Virus record (IMG/VR): IMGVR_UViG_3300017560_000026 | Coordinates: 1-33,006 of that record | Strand: one strand, 5' to 3' | Source: a virus | Taxonomy: Duplodnaviria > Caudoviricetes | Length of the DNA: 33,006 bases | In this document: positions 7,136 through 16,468 of the stretch, piece after piece | How positions within the stretch are numbered: the first letter of the stretch is position 1 | Layout: every line of letters begins with the position of its first letter | Notes under the pieces: generated by a model | The model's input: the letters and a program-made list of their open reading frames with translations, nothing else | The model's database searches: none | Told to the model about the DNA's origin: nothing | Position numbers and translations under genes: made by a program

Positions 7136-7387
7136 ATGTCCTTCGACCAGCCCATCTCTGTCGACAACACGCCCAACGTGGTCGTGCAGAACCCCACGGT
7201 TCGCCTCGTGGCGAACATCGTCCTGGGCGCAGCACTGATCCTCATCCCGGCAGCCATCGTCCTGGACGTCAATGCGCCTGCGTTCGACTGGTCCTTTTGG
7301 ACGACTCCGGCGATGGCCGTCACCGGCTTCCTGGCCGGTGTCTTCGGCCTGTCGGTCACCGCGCCGAACGTCCCGCGAAAGCTCTGA
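7136..7387 (+). CDS. Probable holin, 83 aa, two TM helices
   Basis: Two hydrophobic segments, basic C-terminus, lysis cassette position. Confidence 0.7.
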   Translation: MSFDQPISVDNTPNVVVQNPTVRLVANIVLGAALILIPAAIVLDVNAPAFDWSFWTTPAMAVTGFLAGVFGLSVTAPNVPRKL

Positions 7388-7389
7388 CA

Positions 7390-7665
7390 ATGGCTGACAT
7401 CGACTTCGGCGGCATCAGTGCGGAGGACGTTGAGAAGATCCACCTCAACGCCGACACTGATGTCCGTCGAGAGTCAGTCCACCACACCCTCGGCCCCCGA
7501 GACACGCAGGCTGCTCCGGGGAGCCACAAGCACGACGGCTCCGACAGCGCTCTGCTGCTCGAAGGCGTGACCATCAACGGGCAGCGCAGCGTCTCGGCGT
7601 CTATCCTCCCCTCGATCATCTCCGCGCTCGTTCGTCTAGGGGCAGTCGATCAGAGCAGCTCGTAG
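7390..7665 (+). CDS. Small probable virion protein, 91 aa
   Basis: HHTLG...QAAPGSHKHDG motif resembling phage fibre-type proteins. Confidence 0.7.
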   Translation: MADIDFGGISAEDVEKIHLNADTDVRRESVHHTLGPRDTQAAPGSHKHDGSDSALLLEGVTINGQRSVSASILPSIISALVRLGAVDQSSS

Positions 7666-7677
7666 AAGGGCGTCCCG

Positions 7678-9270
7678 ATGGCTGTAAAGCGCGGCAGAGA
7701 CAACAACACCGTCGAAGGTCTTCTGGAGTTCGCACTCTCTGAGCTGGAGAACCCGGTCAAGCGAGGGAACCGCTACAGCTACGTGCCCTACCCCAAGCAG
7801 GAGTCCTTCCATAAGTCGCCCTGCCTTGGCCGCTACGTCGCCGGAGCCAACCGAGCAGGTAAGTCCGACGCCGAGGTCATGGAAGCGATTTGGTGGTGTA
7901 CGAACACGCACCCCTACCTCGACCGGCCAGAGAGCTGGGGAAACGGCCCGATCCGAGGCCGGTTCGTGGTCGTCGACATCGTCAAGGGTGTCGAGGATAT
8001 CATCCTGCCGAAGCTGAAGCGGTGGTGCGCGACCAGCGACCTCGTCAACGGTCGCTTCGACGACTCCTGGGATAACCGCACGCTGACGTTCACCTTCAAG
8101 AACGGCTCGACGATCCAGTTCCTGACGCACGGAATGGACCTCGACAAGCACGGCGGTGTGCCTCTGCACTTCGTGTTCTTCGACGAGATCCCGCCTCAGC
8201 CGATCTTCAACGAGAACCTCATGCGTCTCATCGACTTCAATGGCTTCTGGGTCATCGCAGCGACCGCCGTGCAGGGCATGGGATGGACCTACGACTACAT
8301 CTGGGAGCCGTGGGAGAACGACGACGAGATCAACGGCGTCCCAGCCCGAGACTTCATCTTCTGCGTCCAGCTCAAGCAGTCGGACAACCCCTACCTCGAA
8401 GCAGATGCGGAGGAGCGTGGGAAGTATTACATCGCAATGGACGATGCTGAGCGGCACATCCGCGAGGAGGGTGCCTTCGTCGCCAAGAGCGGTCTCGTCT
8501 TCCCGAACTTCAAGAAGAAGACACACGTTCTGTCGGAACCGCTCGACATCGGAGAGTTCCGAAGCTGGGCCTGGTATTCCAGCGCCGACTTCGGCTGGAA
8601 CAACCCGACAGCATGGCTCTGGCACGCCGTGGCTCCGGACGGCCGGATCTACACCTTCGGCGAGCACTACAAGAGCTTCATGACGACGGACGAACACGCC
8701 CGGATCATCCACGAGAAGGAGTCGGCCTGGTACAAGCAGCCCGAGGTTCGCGTCGGCGACCCTGCGGGCAACCAGAAGCAGATGAACACGGGCACGAGCG
8801 TCATCAGCGAGTACGCCCGCCGAGGGATCTACATCGGCACCGAGGGCATTCCGAAGGACCCACAGATCGGCATCGACAAGATGCAGCAGTACCTTGCTGT
8901 AAAGGACAAGACCCCGTGGGGCGAGAACACTCCGATGTGGATGGTCTCCCCGGACTGCTCGAACTTCATCCGCGAGATGTCCCGGCTGAGGTGGGCCGGG
9001 TACGAGTCCGACAAGAAGAGCTACGAGATGAACAAGAAGGAGGAGGTCCACAAGAAGGACGACCACTCCTTCGACTCCGCCAAGTATTTCGCCACGCTCA
9101 TGCCGGATCTCCGCCCCTCGTCGCAGGAGATCTTCGAGAAGGCCCCGGTACATCTGTCGTTCACGCAGATGATGTCCGTGCTCAACAACGACCCTGATGT
9201 GGTGATGCTCAACGAAACGTGGGATACTCAGGAAGTCAACGACTTCGACGATCTGGAAAGGATCTGGTGA
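7678..9270 (+). CDS. terL: Terminase large subunit
   Basis: Walker A AGANRAGKS, Walker B FVFFDE, coupling motif ATA, nuclease ADFG...GDP...DDHSFD. Confidence 0.93.
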   Translation: MAVKRGRDNNTVEGLLEFALSELENPVKRGNRYSYVPYPKQESFHKSPCLGRYVAGANRAGKSDAEVMEAIWWCTNTHPYLDRPESWGNGPIRGRFVVVDIVKGVEDIILPKLKRWCATSDLVNGRFDDSWDNRTLTFTFKNGSTIQFLTHGMDLDKHGGVPLHFVFFDEIPPQPIFNENLMRLIDFNGFWVIAATAVQGMGWTYDYIWEPWENDDEINGVPARDFIFCVQLKQSDNPYLEADAEERGKYYIAMDDAERHIREEGAFVAKSGLVFPNFKKKTHVLSEPLDIGEFRSWAWYSSADFGWNNPTAWLWHAVAPDGRIYTFGEHYKSFMTTDEHARIIHEKESAWYKQPEVRVGDPAGNQKQMNTGTSVISEYARRGIYIGTEGIPKDPQIGIDKMQQYLAVKDKTPWGENTPMWMVSPDCSNFIREMSRLRWAGYESDKKSYEMNKKEEVHKKDDHSFDSAKYFATLMPDLRPSSQEIFEKAPVHLSFTQMMSVLNNDPDVVMLNETWDTQEVNDFDDLERIW

Positions 9271-9632
9271 TGGCTTCTCGCTTCACAGTCACGAACGCCC
9301 CTGAGCGGCTCCCTGGCGTGGACTACGTCACAGGGACGGCAGTCGGCCCGTTCATCGACACCGGCCGCGACATCGAAGGCCCTGGCGGTCGTATACTCGG
9401 CCGCATCTACTTGTCGAAGGACACGGTCGCCGAGATGGCCCGTGAGCTCGGGATCATCAAGCAGAACGACGACAGCATCGCAATCCAGGCGGCCTACAAC
9501 AAGGGCAAGCTGGACGGACTCAGGGAGGAACTCGGTGGAGATCTTTACAGCATTGTCAGTGTTCTGCGCCGTTGGCTGGAGCACGTCGATCCTTCTGGCG
9601 TTTCTCCTGCTGACAGCTCGCCGCAGAGCTGA
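9270..9632 (+). CDS. Hypothetical 120-aa protein
   Basis: TGATG coupling to terL. Confidence 0.75.
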   Translation: MASRFTVTNAPERLPGVDYVTGTAVGPFIDTGRDIEGPGGRILGRIYLSKDTVAEMARELGIIKQNDDSIAIQAAYNKGKLDGLREELGGDLYSIVSVLRRWLEHVDPSGVSPADSSPQS

Positions 9633-9972
9633 ACGCGAGCGTGCGGCTCTCCGCGACGAGTTCAAGACAGCGCTCTCCCTTGTCGTGGAGACCTCCCGCA
9701 CGCAATCCGAGGTCTCAGCAGAGCTCCAGACGGGTCAGCTCGGTCTACTGGAGAAGGCGTTCGCTCAGCTGCGGGCCACAAATGCATGGGAGTACCAGGC
9801 GATCATGTCGATGAACGGTGTCTCCGCGTATGATGAGAGCTACGACCCCTCGCCGGAGGCTGAGGCTGAACGAATTGCCGACAGGCGCAACGCAAAGGAT
9901 GAGCTAGATGAGTCCCTCACCGCTGAAGAGGAAGGCGTCCTCGGAGACCTCTTCCCCGGTGCCTTCGGCTGA
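9535..9972 (+). CDS. Membrane-anchored helical protein, 145 aa
   Basis: GGAGGAA RBS then GTG; N-terminal TM followed by RRR; overlaps the upstream gene by 98 nt. Confidence 0.65.
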   Translation: MEIFTALSVFCAVGWSTSILLAFLLLTARRRAERERAALRDEFKTALSLVVETSRTQSEVSAELQTGQLGLLEKAFAQLRATNAWEYQAIMSMNGVSAYDESYDPSPEAEAERIADRRNAKDELDESLTAEEEGVLGDLFPGAFG

Positions 9973-12172
9973 TGCCGACGCCAACGCCGGAACATCGGTC
10001 GTACACGCACCGGAAGCCGAGGGGTTCGACCTTTACAGCTTCCGGGAGTCCGACGAGGGCAAGAAGCTCGTCTCCTGGGTCCTGAACGAGTTCTCTCGCT
10101 CTCGCGGCCAGAAGACCCGCAAGCACCGCCAGTGGTACACCTTCATGTCCTTCCATTTCGGCCACCAGTGGATCGACATCATGGGCCAGGCGGTGCCGGG
10201 AGCACAGCTCAAGGCGAAGCCTGCCCCTCCGTACATGCACCGCCGAACGGTGAACCGTATCCGGTCCTTCGTCCGGACGGAGCAGAGCAAGTTCCTGTCG
10301 ACGCTGCCATCCGTGACTGCTGTCCCTGCCACGAGCGAGGAGGAGGACATCCGGGCAGCCTATGCAGGCGAGCAGGTCATCGAGAGCTATACCTCGAAGC
10401 GGAAGCTCCGCCGAGAGTACAGCAAGGCCGTGTGGTGGATGATCATCACCGGCAACGGCTTCCTGAAGACGTGGTGGGACCCCACTGTCATCGACAAGAC
10501 GTCCGGCCAGCCCGGCGACATCATGTACCGCTCGGTGACCCCCTTCCACATCTTCGTTCCCGACCTCCGCGAGCGTGAGGTCGACGACCAGCCCTACATC
10601 ATCCAGGCGCAGGTCAAGCCGATGGAATGGTGCAGGCAGCAGTACGCCGAGGAGCTGAAGGGGCAGGAGCTCAAGCCCTCTCAGTCCTCCTCCAACACAC
10701 TGCTTGACGAGGCGTTCTACACCCTGTCGAATGCTACGAAGTCTGAGCTCGATGCCGTCGTCATCCTGGAGGCGTGGGTCAAGCCCGGAACGACGCCGCT
10801 GCTGCCGAATGGCGGTCTCGTGATCCTCGTGGATGATGTCCTCGTCGGTGCGTACATGGACGGGATGCCGTACAAGCACGGCGAGTACCCGTACACGAAG
10901 ATCGAGCACCTCTCGAACGACACCTTCTTCGCCGACAGCCCTCTCGCTGACCTCATCGAGCTCCAGAAGGAGTTCAACGACGTCCGCACGCAGATCGGCG
11001 TGGCGGCGAAGCGGATGGGCAACCCTCAGCTGCTCGCTCAGCAGGGGTCCATCGTCCCCGGCCGACTCACGAACGAGCCGGGTCAGGTGATCCTCTACCG
11101 GCCGGGCACACCCCCGCCCAGCCCGATCCCCCTCCAGCCGCTGCCGGAGTATGTCACGAACCAGCCTGCGCAGATCGTCCAGGACTTCGAGGACCTCTCC
11201 GGACAGCACGAGGTGTCGAAGGGCTCGACCCCGACCGGCGTCACTGCGGGAACGGCCCTAGCCTTCCTGAAGGAGACGGACGACAACTACCTGACGGCCC
11301 AGTACCAGAACGTCGAGGACGCCTTCGAGCGCATCTCGGTGCAGACCCTGTCGCTCTTCCAGCAGTTCGTGGACGTGCCCCGCAGGATCAAGGTCGTTGG
11401 AGCTGACGGTGCATTCGACAGCGCACTGCTCGCCGGAGCCGACGTCGACGGTGCTTCGGACATCCGCGTGGAGCCGGGCTCCAGCATCGGTCAGAGCCAG
11501 GCAGCCAAGCGTGCTGCCGTCATGGATATGTTCTCTGTCGGCATCCTCCAGGACCCGAATCAGGCGCTCCGGCTCCTGGAGGTCGGAGGTGCTCAGAAGG
11601 TGCTCGATACTGTGTCCGTGGCCGAGAAGAAGGCACAGCGCGAGAACACCAAGATGAAGTCGCTGAAGAACGAAGAGGGTATGGCTCTGCTTCAGCAGCA
11701 CACCGAACAGAACATGCAGCAGATGCTCACAGAGATGTCTGAGAGCCTGAGCACCGAGCCTGAGATCGACGAAGCGACGGGGCAGCCGGTTGCTCCCCCC
11801 GTGCCGGTGTCTCCCGAGATGCTGGCTCAGGACCCCGAGGTCGTGGCTGCCCTCCAGGAGATGATCCCTCCGTTCATCCCGGCCGACGACTTCGACATGC
11901 ACGCGATCCACATCGACGTCCACAACCGTTACCGCATGGGCCAGGAGTACGAGACGCTGCCGGACGAGGTCAAGGCCGAGTTCGACAAGCACGTCGAGAT
12001 GCACAAGTCCCTCTTGCAGAATCAGATGCTGGAGCAGATGATGATGGGTGGCGGAATGCCCCCTGAGGAAGAGGGTGCAGGGGGTGGCGCTCCTGAAGGC
12101 CCCGGTCTCACTCAGGAGACGGGCGGCCCTGGTATCGTAGGCCCCGCACCGGCACTCCCGCCCGGTGCCTGA
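9908..12172 (+). CDS. Portal protein (podovirus type), 754 aa
   Basis: Position after terL; TVNRIRSFV, GNGFLKTWWD, LIELQKEFN, DLSGQHEVSKG motifs; Q/M/P-rich C-terminus. Confidence 0.88.
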   Translation: MSPSPLKRKASSETSSPVPSADADANAGTSVVHAPEAEGFDLYSFRESDEGKKLVSWVLNEFSRSRGQKTRKHRQWYTFMSFHFGHQWIDIMGQAVPGAQLKAKPAPPYMHRRTVNRIRSFVRTEQSKFLSTLPSVTAVPATSEEEDIRAAYAGEQVIESYTSKRKLRREYSKAVWWMIITGNGFLKTWWDPTVIDKTSGQPGDIMYRSVTPFHIFVPDLREREVDDQPYIIQAQVKPMEWCRQQYAEELKGQELKPSQSSSNTLLDEAFYTLSNATKSELDAVVILEAWVKPGTTPLLPNGGLVILVDDVLVGAYMDGMPYKHGEYPYTKIEHLSNDTFFADSPLADLIELQKEFNDVRTQIGVAAKRMGNPQLLAQQGSIVPGRLTNEPGQVILYRPGTPPPSPIPLQPLPEYVTNQPAQIVQDFEDLSGQHEVSKGSTPTGVTAGTALAFLKETDDNYLTAQYQNVEDAFERISVQTLSLFQQFVDVPRRIKVVGADGAFDSALLAGADVDGASDIRVEPGSSIGQSQAAKRAAVMDMFSVGILQDPNQALRLLEVGGAQKVLDTVSVAEKKAQRENTKMKSLKNEEGMALLQQHTEQNMQQMLTEMSESLSTEPEIDEATGQPVAPPVPVSPEMLAQDPEVVAALQEMIPPFIPADDFDMHAIHIDVHNRYRMGQEYETLPDEVKAEFDKHVEMHKSLLQNQMLEQMMMGGGMPPEEEGAGGGAPEGPGLTQETGGPGIVGPAPALPPGA

Positions 12173-12186
12173 CAAAGGACTGGATC

Positions 12187-12414
12187 ATGGCAACCGTCGA
12201 CCTCACCAATGACATCGAACCGAAGCACCCGTTCCGGCCGCTTCGGACTCCGCTGTCGGACCTCCGAGCGGCCATCAAGGCGGCGGACACCGGAGGCAAC
12301 TACAAGGACTCGTATCTCGACAAGTGCAACCGCAACGACCTCGTGCAGATCGCACGCTCGGTCGGCGTGGAGCTTCCGGTTCGCTACGTCGAACCGACTG
12401 AGCCGGAAGCGTGA
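12187..12414 (+). CDS. Hypothetical 75-aa protein
   Basis: AAGGA RBS, typical codon bias. Confidence 0.75.
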   Translation: MATVDLTNDIEPKHPFRPLRTPLSDLRAAIKAADTGGNYKDSYLDKCNRNDLVQIARSVGVELPVRYVEPTEPEA

Positions 12415-12440
12415 GATCCCTGTAAAGGGTGTGCTACAGT
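12411..12440 (+). promoter_or_regulatory. Putative promoter for scaffold/capsid (extended -10 TG-C-TACAGT) with CTGTAAAG in its spacer
   Basis: TACAGT 12435-12440 preceded by TGC; intergenic; motif at 12420-12427. Confidence 0.5.
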
Positions 12441-12490
12441 AACCACATCAGCCAAGGCTCGATAGTTCGAGTACAGCGGAAAGGATAGAG

Positions 12491-13357
12491 ATGGACCTCG
12501 AAGACCAGGGCCAAGACTCTGAGGTGGAGATCACCGAAGAGAACAGCCTCGTAGAGCAGGAACCTCAGCAGCAGACGGAGGAGCACGAGAACGGGTACAA
12601 CCCCGTATTCGAGCCCATTCGACAGGAGCTGGGACTCCAGTTCGAGTCCATCAAGCCGCACCTCCTTGAAATTGAAAAGGGGTTCAACAGCGGTATCACG
12701 AAGGCCAACTCCAAGTACGATCCGTGGAAGCAGTTCGACGAACGGGGCATCACGCCCGACGCGGTGACTCAGGGCTTCGCCACACTTCAGCGCATCAACG
12801 ACGACCCTGTCGGAACCTACCAGGCGCTTCACAAGTTCCTGGAAGAGAACGGCAGGCTGCCGGAGACGCAGGCTGAGGTCAAGCAGGCCATCGACGAGGC
12901 CAACGAAGAGGATGACCTCCTCTCCGACAGCGACAAGAAGATTGCTGAGCTTCAGCAGAAGCTCGAAGAGCAGCAGCAGTTCCTCCAGGCTCAGGCTGAG
13001 AAGCAGGAGATGGAGCAGCTGAATGCTCGGATGGAGCAGTCGGTCGCCCAGGAGTTCGACGCATTCGAGAAGGCTCACCCTGAGCTCACGGACGAAGACC
13101 GTCAGGAGATCTACCAGCGCCACTTCCAGTATGCAGCCTCAGGGCCGCAGAACATCCGTTCTCTAGAGGACGTGGCGAAGGAATACCTCGGGCTCGTGAA
13201 TCGCATCCGATCTGCCCCGCGCCCGAACGACTCAGCCCCCCGACTCCTCGGATCGGGTGGCGGTGTTCCGACCGGACAGCGCAAGCCAGTGGACCAGCTC
13301 TCCCGTGAGGAGAGCCAGGACATGCTGGCGGAGCTGCTCCGGACGGGCAAGAAGTAA
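12491..13357 (+). CDS. Capsid scaffolding protein
   Basis: Acidic, E/Q-rich coiled coil between portal and capsid. Confidence 0.75.
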   Translation: MDLEDQGQDSEVEITEENSLVEQEPQQQTEEHENGYNPVFEPIRQELGLQFESIKPHLLEIEKGFNSGITKANSKYDPWKQFDERGITPDAVTQGFATLQRINDDPVGTYQALHKFLEENGRLPETQAEVKQAIDEANEEDDLLSDSDKKIAELQQKLEEQQQFLQAQAEKQEMEQLNARMEQSVAQEFDAFEKAHPELTDEDRQEIYQRHFQYAASGPQNIRSLEDVAKEYLGLVNRIRSAPRPNDSAPRLLGSGGGVPTGQRKPVDQLSREESQDMLAELLRTGKK

Positions 13358-13390
13358 CACCTCCCACCCTCTGCACGAAAGGACAGTCCA

Positions 13391-14590
13391 ATGGCTGCCA
13401 CCCTCGCCACGATTGAGCCATACCTCAAGGAGGTATACACCGGGAAGATCCGGCGTCAGCTCAACGAGGAGATCACCACGATCAAGCGCGTGACCCGCTC
13501 GGGCTCCGGCGTCAGCCGCGAGACGAACGGTAAGTACGTCACGTTCCCGATCCACACCCGCCGCAACTCCGGCATCGGGTCGCGGAACGAGATGGACCCG
13601 CTGCCCATCCCCGGTCAGCAGGGCTACGCGGCTGCGCGTCTCGCCCTGAAGAGCGCCTACGGCGGCTTCCAGATCACCGGCCAGGCCATCGACCTCGCGG
13701 ACACCGACGAGAAGGCATTCGCCCGCTCGATGGACGAAGAGATCGAGCGCCTCAAGGTCGACGTCAAGAAGGACATGAACCGCCAGATCTACGGCAACGG
13801 TTCCGGCGCAATCGGTGTCATCACCGGCGCTGCGACCGGCAACGTCATCCCGGTCAAGGATGCGCGCCTGTTCTGGGTCGGCTCGAACGTCGACATCGTC
13901 ACGCTCCCCTCGACCATCGCCATCTCGAACCGTGTCATCACGGGCGTCGACGTGGCGAACAACACGGTCACCGTCTCGGGCGCAGCCCCGACCGTGTCCG
14001 CTAACCAGATCATCACCCGGCAGGGCTCCCTGTCGAAGGAGATCACCGGCTTCGCGGCCATCGTGGACGACACCTCTGTCGTCTACAACATCAACCCGGC
14101 CGTGGAGCCCGAGTGGCGCTCCGAGGTCGACGCGAACGGCGGCACCCCCCGAGCCATCACCGAGCAGCTGATGGTCCAGATGACCGACCGCATCCGCACC
14201 CGTGGCGGCAGCACGACGGTCATCTTCCAGAGCCTCGGCGTCCGCCGTGCGTACTGGAACCTCCTGTCGCAGCTGCGCACCATCGTCAACGACCAGGACT
14301 TCAAGGGCGGCTTCACCGGCCTTGCGTTCACCACCGACAAGGGCGAGATCCCTGTCGTGGCCGATGTCGACGCGCCTCTCGGCACCCAGTGGTACATCAA
14401 CGAGGACGCGCTGACGTTCTACCGCGACAAGGACTGGGACTGGCTGGACCGCGACGGTTCGATGTTCAAGCAGCTCCACGACGCCAACGGCGTCTACGAC
14501 GCTTGGTACGCCCAGCTCGTCGAGCGTCACGAGCTCGGAACCGACCGACGCAACACTCACGGTGTCATCAAGGACATCACCGAGGGCTGA
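13391..14590 (+). CDS. Major capsid protein, 399 aa
   Basis: GAAAGGA RBS, extreme codon bias, position, KKDMNRQIYGNG and GEIPVVADVDAP segments, strong hairpin downstream. Confidence 0.88.
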   Translation: MAATLATIEPYLKEVYTGKIRRQLNEEITTIKRVTRSGSGVSRETNGKYVTFPIHTRRNSGIGSRNEMDPLPIPGQQGYAAARLALKSAYGGFQITGQAIDLADTDEKAFARSMDEEIERLKVDVKKDMNRQIYGNGSGAIGVITGAATGNVIPVKDARLFWVGSNVDIVTLPSTIAISNRVITGVDVANNTVTVSGAAPTVSANQIITRQGSLSKEITGFAAIVDDTSVVYNINPAVEPEWRSEVDANGGTPRAITEQLMVQMTDRIRTRGGSTTVIFQSLGVRRAYWNLLSQLRTIVNDQDFKGGFTGLAFTTDKGEIPVVADVDAPLGTQWYINEDALTFYRDKDWDWLDRDGSMFKQLHDANGVYDAWYAQLVERHELGTDRRNTHGVIKDITEG

Positions 14591-14615
14591 CCCCCTCAAG
14601 CGCTGTAGGAGCGCG

Positions 14616-14656
14616 GGACGGCCCCTGATAGACTTCAGGGGCCGTCCTCTATTTTA
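14616..14656 (+). terminator. Terminator after the capsid gene (13-bp perfect stem, loop TAGACT)
   Basis: GGACGGCCCCTGA-TAGACT-TCAGGGGCCGTCC then TCTATTTT. Confidence 0.75.
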
Positions 14657-14665
14657 GGAGCAGCC

Positions 14666-14902
14666 GTGAGCATCACAGACGCAGAGCGAGAGTTTTACGA
14701 GTCCGTCCTCGAAGACATGGACGGGGCATCCCTGTCGGATCTTCGGTATGCCTACTTCCTTGCCGCGCTAGACGGCACCCTCCCGAGCAGCAATAAGGCC
14801 GGGCTGAACACTCTCGGTGTCGCAGAGGCGGTCTACATCGAGAATGGAGGGACGGTTCCGGCAGGGACGCCCGCCTACACCCTCGTCATAGAGGTGCCGT
14901 AA
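14666..14902 (+). CDS. Small probable virion protein, 78 aa
   Basis: AGGAG RBS; coupled (TAATG) to the next gene; ends VPAGTPAYTLVI. Confidence 0.7.
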   Translation: MSITDAEREFYESVLEDMDGASLSDLRYAYFLAALDGTLPSSNKAGLNTLGVAEAVYIENGGTVPAGTPAYTLVIEVP

Positions 14903-16467
14903 TGGCCGTGAGCTTCAGGGCACTGATACCGCTCGCCGAGCAGGGCAACTCCGTCGTTGCCAACTTCTCCTCGCTCGGCGTGCAGGACGGGGACGTGCTC
15001 GTATTCTTCGCACGCTCGCAGGCGTCTCCAGCCACCGACATCACGCCGCCGACTGGCTGGGCACGGTCTGGGAGCGGGACTGTCCCCGCCGACCGCTTCC
15101 TCGGGATCTTCTACAAGGCCATCCCGTCCGTTGCAGCGGAGAGCTCTCTCAGCTATACCTTTACAGGTATCGCCAGCGGCGGGTCCTCTCGGATCATCGC
15201 GGCCCTCGGCATTATCACAGGTGTGGACCTGGACAACTTCCCGGACGGCGGTGTCCGGTACAGTACGACGGCGACGGTGCCCTCGGACACGGCAGGAGGC
15301 GAGCCGTTCAGCGTGATCGCTCTCGTCGGTGCTGAGTTCACGGCAGGCAACTCCGTCGTCCCCTCCAGCGTCCCCGCAGGCTTCAATGCCGCCCTCGTGG
15401 CGCAGACGGCCGGTGGCTCCCCGGCGACTGTCCTCGACAACTCGAACACGGCGGTATCGCGCACAGGGCTCGTGATCTCGACGCTCCTGAACCAGAGCGG
15501 CTCCCTGTCGGTTCCGGCGCTCGCTACGACATGGGCAGGGACGGCGACGGACCCGAAGTCAGCTTCGCTGATCGTCCGCACCAGCAGCATCGAGCCCCCG
15601 TCCGGGCTTCCTGTAAAGATCGGAGATGGGACCACAGCCCGGTTGACCTACCTGGATGACGACGGCGAACGGAAGACGCCCAACAGCGTCTCCCTCTGGC
15701 TGCCGGGGTTCAACGACGTCGACGCACTGCTTGCCAAGGGTGGAGCCACGGTCTCGCACCGGGGCGGCTCGCTTGACTGGCCAGAGTTCTCCGAGGTGGC
15801 TTACGACCGCTCCGTGCGGCGCGGTTATGGCGCGCTGGAGTTCTCCTGCGGCTGGACCAGCGACCTGGTCCCCTTCGGCCTCGGTGACCGCTACCTCGAC
15901 GCCGCAGCTGGCGTGACTGGCAGTGTGGACCCGACGACGATGACCTGGGCCACGCTGGCGGCCACCTACCAGAACAAGCTCCGTCCGGTGGTGCCCGGCC
16001 AGTTCCAGCCGTTCTACCGCCTGGAGGAGTTCCTCACGAAGTACACCCCACACCACGTCGTCGCGGTCGACCCGAAGTTCGGCGCAGGGGAGACGCCCCA
16101 GATCAACGCGATGCTCGACATCTGCGACGAGATTGGCGGCCCCGAGAAGATCGTCATCAAGTTCGACAGCCCCATCACCGGCTCCGACCTTGTAGTCGCT
16201 GCAAAGGCGCGCGGCTATGTGACCATGAACTACTGGGGCACCGAGATCGAGAAGCTCACGCCGACCTACCACACCGACAAGTGGGACCTGATCGGCGTGC
16301 GCTACGACGCGGACCAGAGCATGTACGACGCAGCCCTTGCCCTCGGCAAGCCTGTGTGGGCAGCAGTCATCCCCGACCAGGCCGGATACGACCTCGCGGA
16401 CGTCCGAGGGGCCAGCATAATGATGATCTCCAACCCCTCAGGTGTCGACCCTGTCGGAAGGAGCTGA
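14902..16467 (+). CDS. Tail or virion appendage protein with C-terminal glycerophosphodiester phosphodiesterase-like domain
   Basis: SHRGGS..WPE.S..AY..S...GY.ALE......SD aligns with GDPD HRG...PENT..AF...G...IE.D...TKD; beta-rich N-terminal domain. Confidence 0.75.
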   Translation: MAVSFRALIPLAEQGNSVVANFSSLGVQDGDVLVFFARSQASPATDITPPTGWARSGSGTVPADRFLGIFYKAIPSVAAESSLSYTFTGIASGGSSRIIAALGIITGVDLDNFPDGGVRYSTTATVPSDTAGGEPFSVIALVGAEFTAGNSVVPSSVPAGFNAALVAQTAGGSPATVLDNSNTAVSRTGLVISTLLNQSGSLSVPALATTWAGTATDPKSASLIVRTSSIEPPSGLPVKIGDGTTARLTYLDDDGERKTPNSVSLWLPGFNDVDALLAKGGATVSHRGGSLDWPEFSEVAYDRSVRRGYGALEFSCGWTSDLVPFGLGDRYLDAAAGVTGSVDPTTMTWATLAATYQNKLRPVVPGQFQPFYRLEEFLTKYTPHHVVAVDPKFGAGETPQINAMLDICDEIGGPEKIVIKFDSPITGSDLVVAAKARGYVTMNYWGTEIEKLTPTYHTDKWDLIGVRYDADQSMYDAALALGKPVWAAVIPDQAGYDLADVRGASIMMISNPSGVDPVGRS

Positions 16468-16468
16468 C

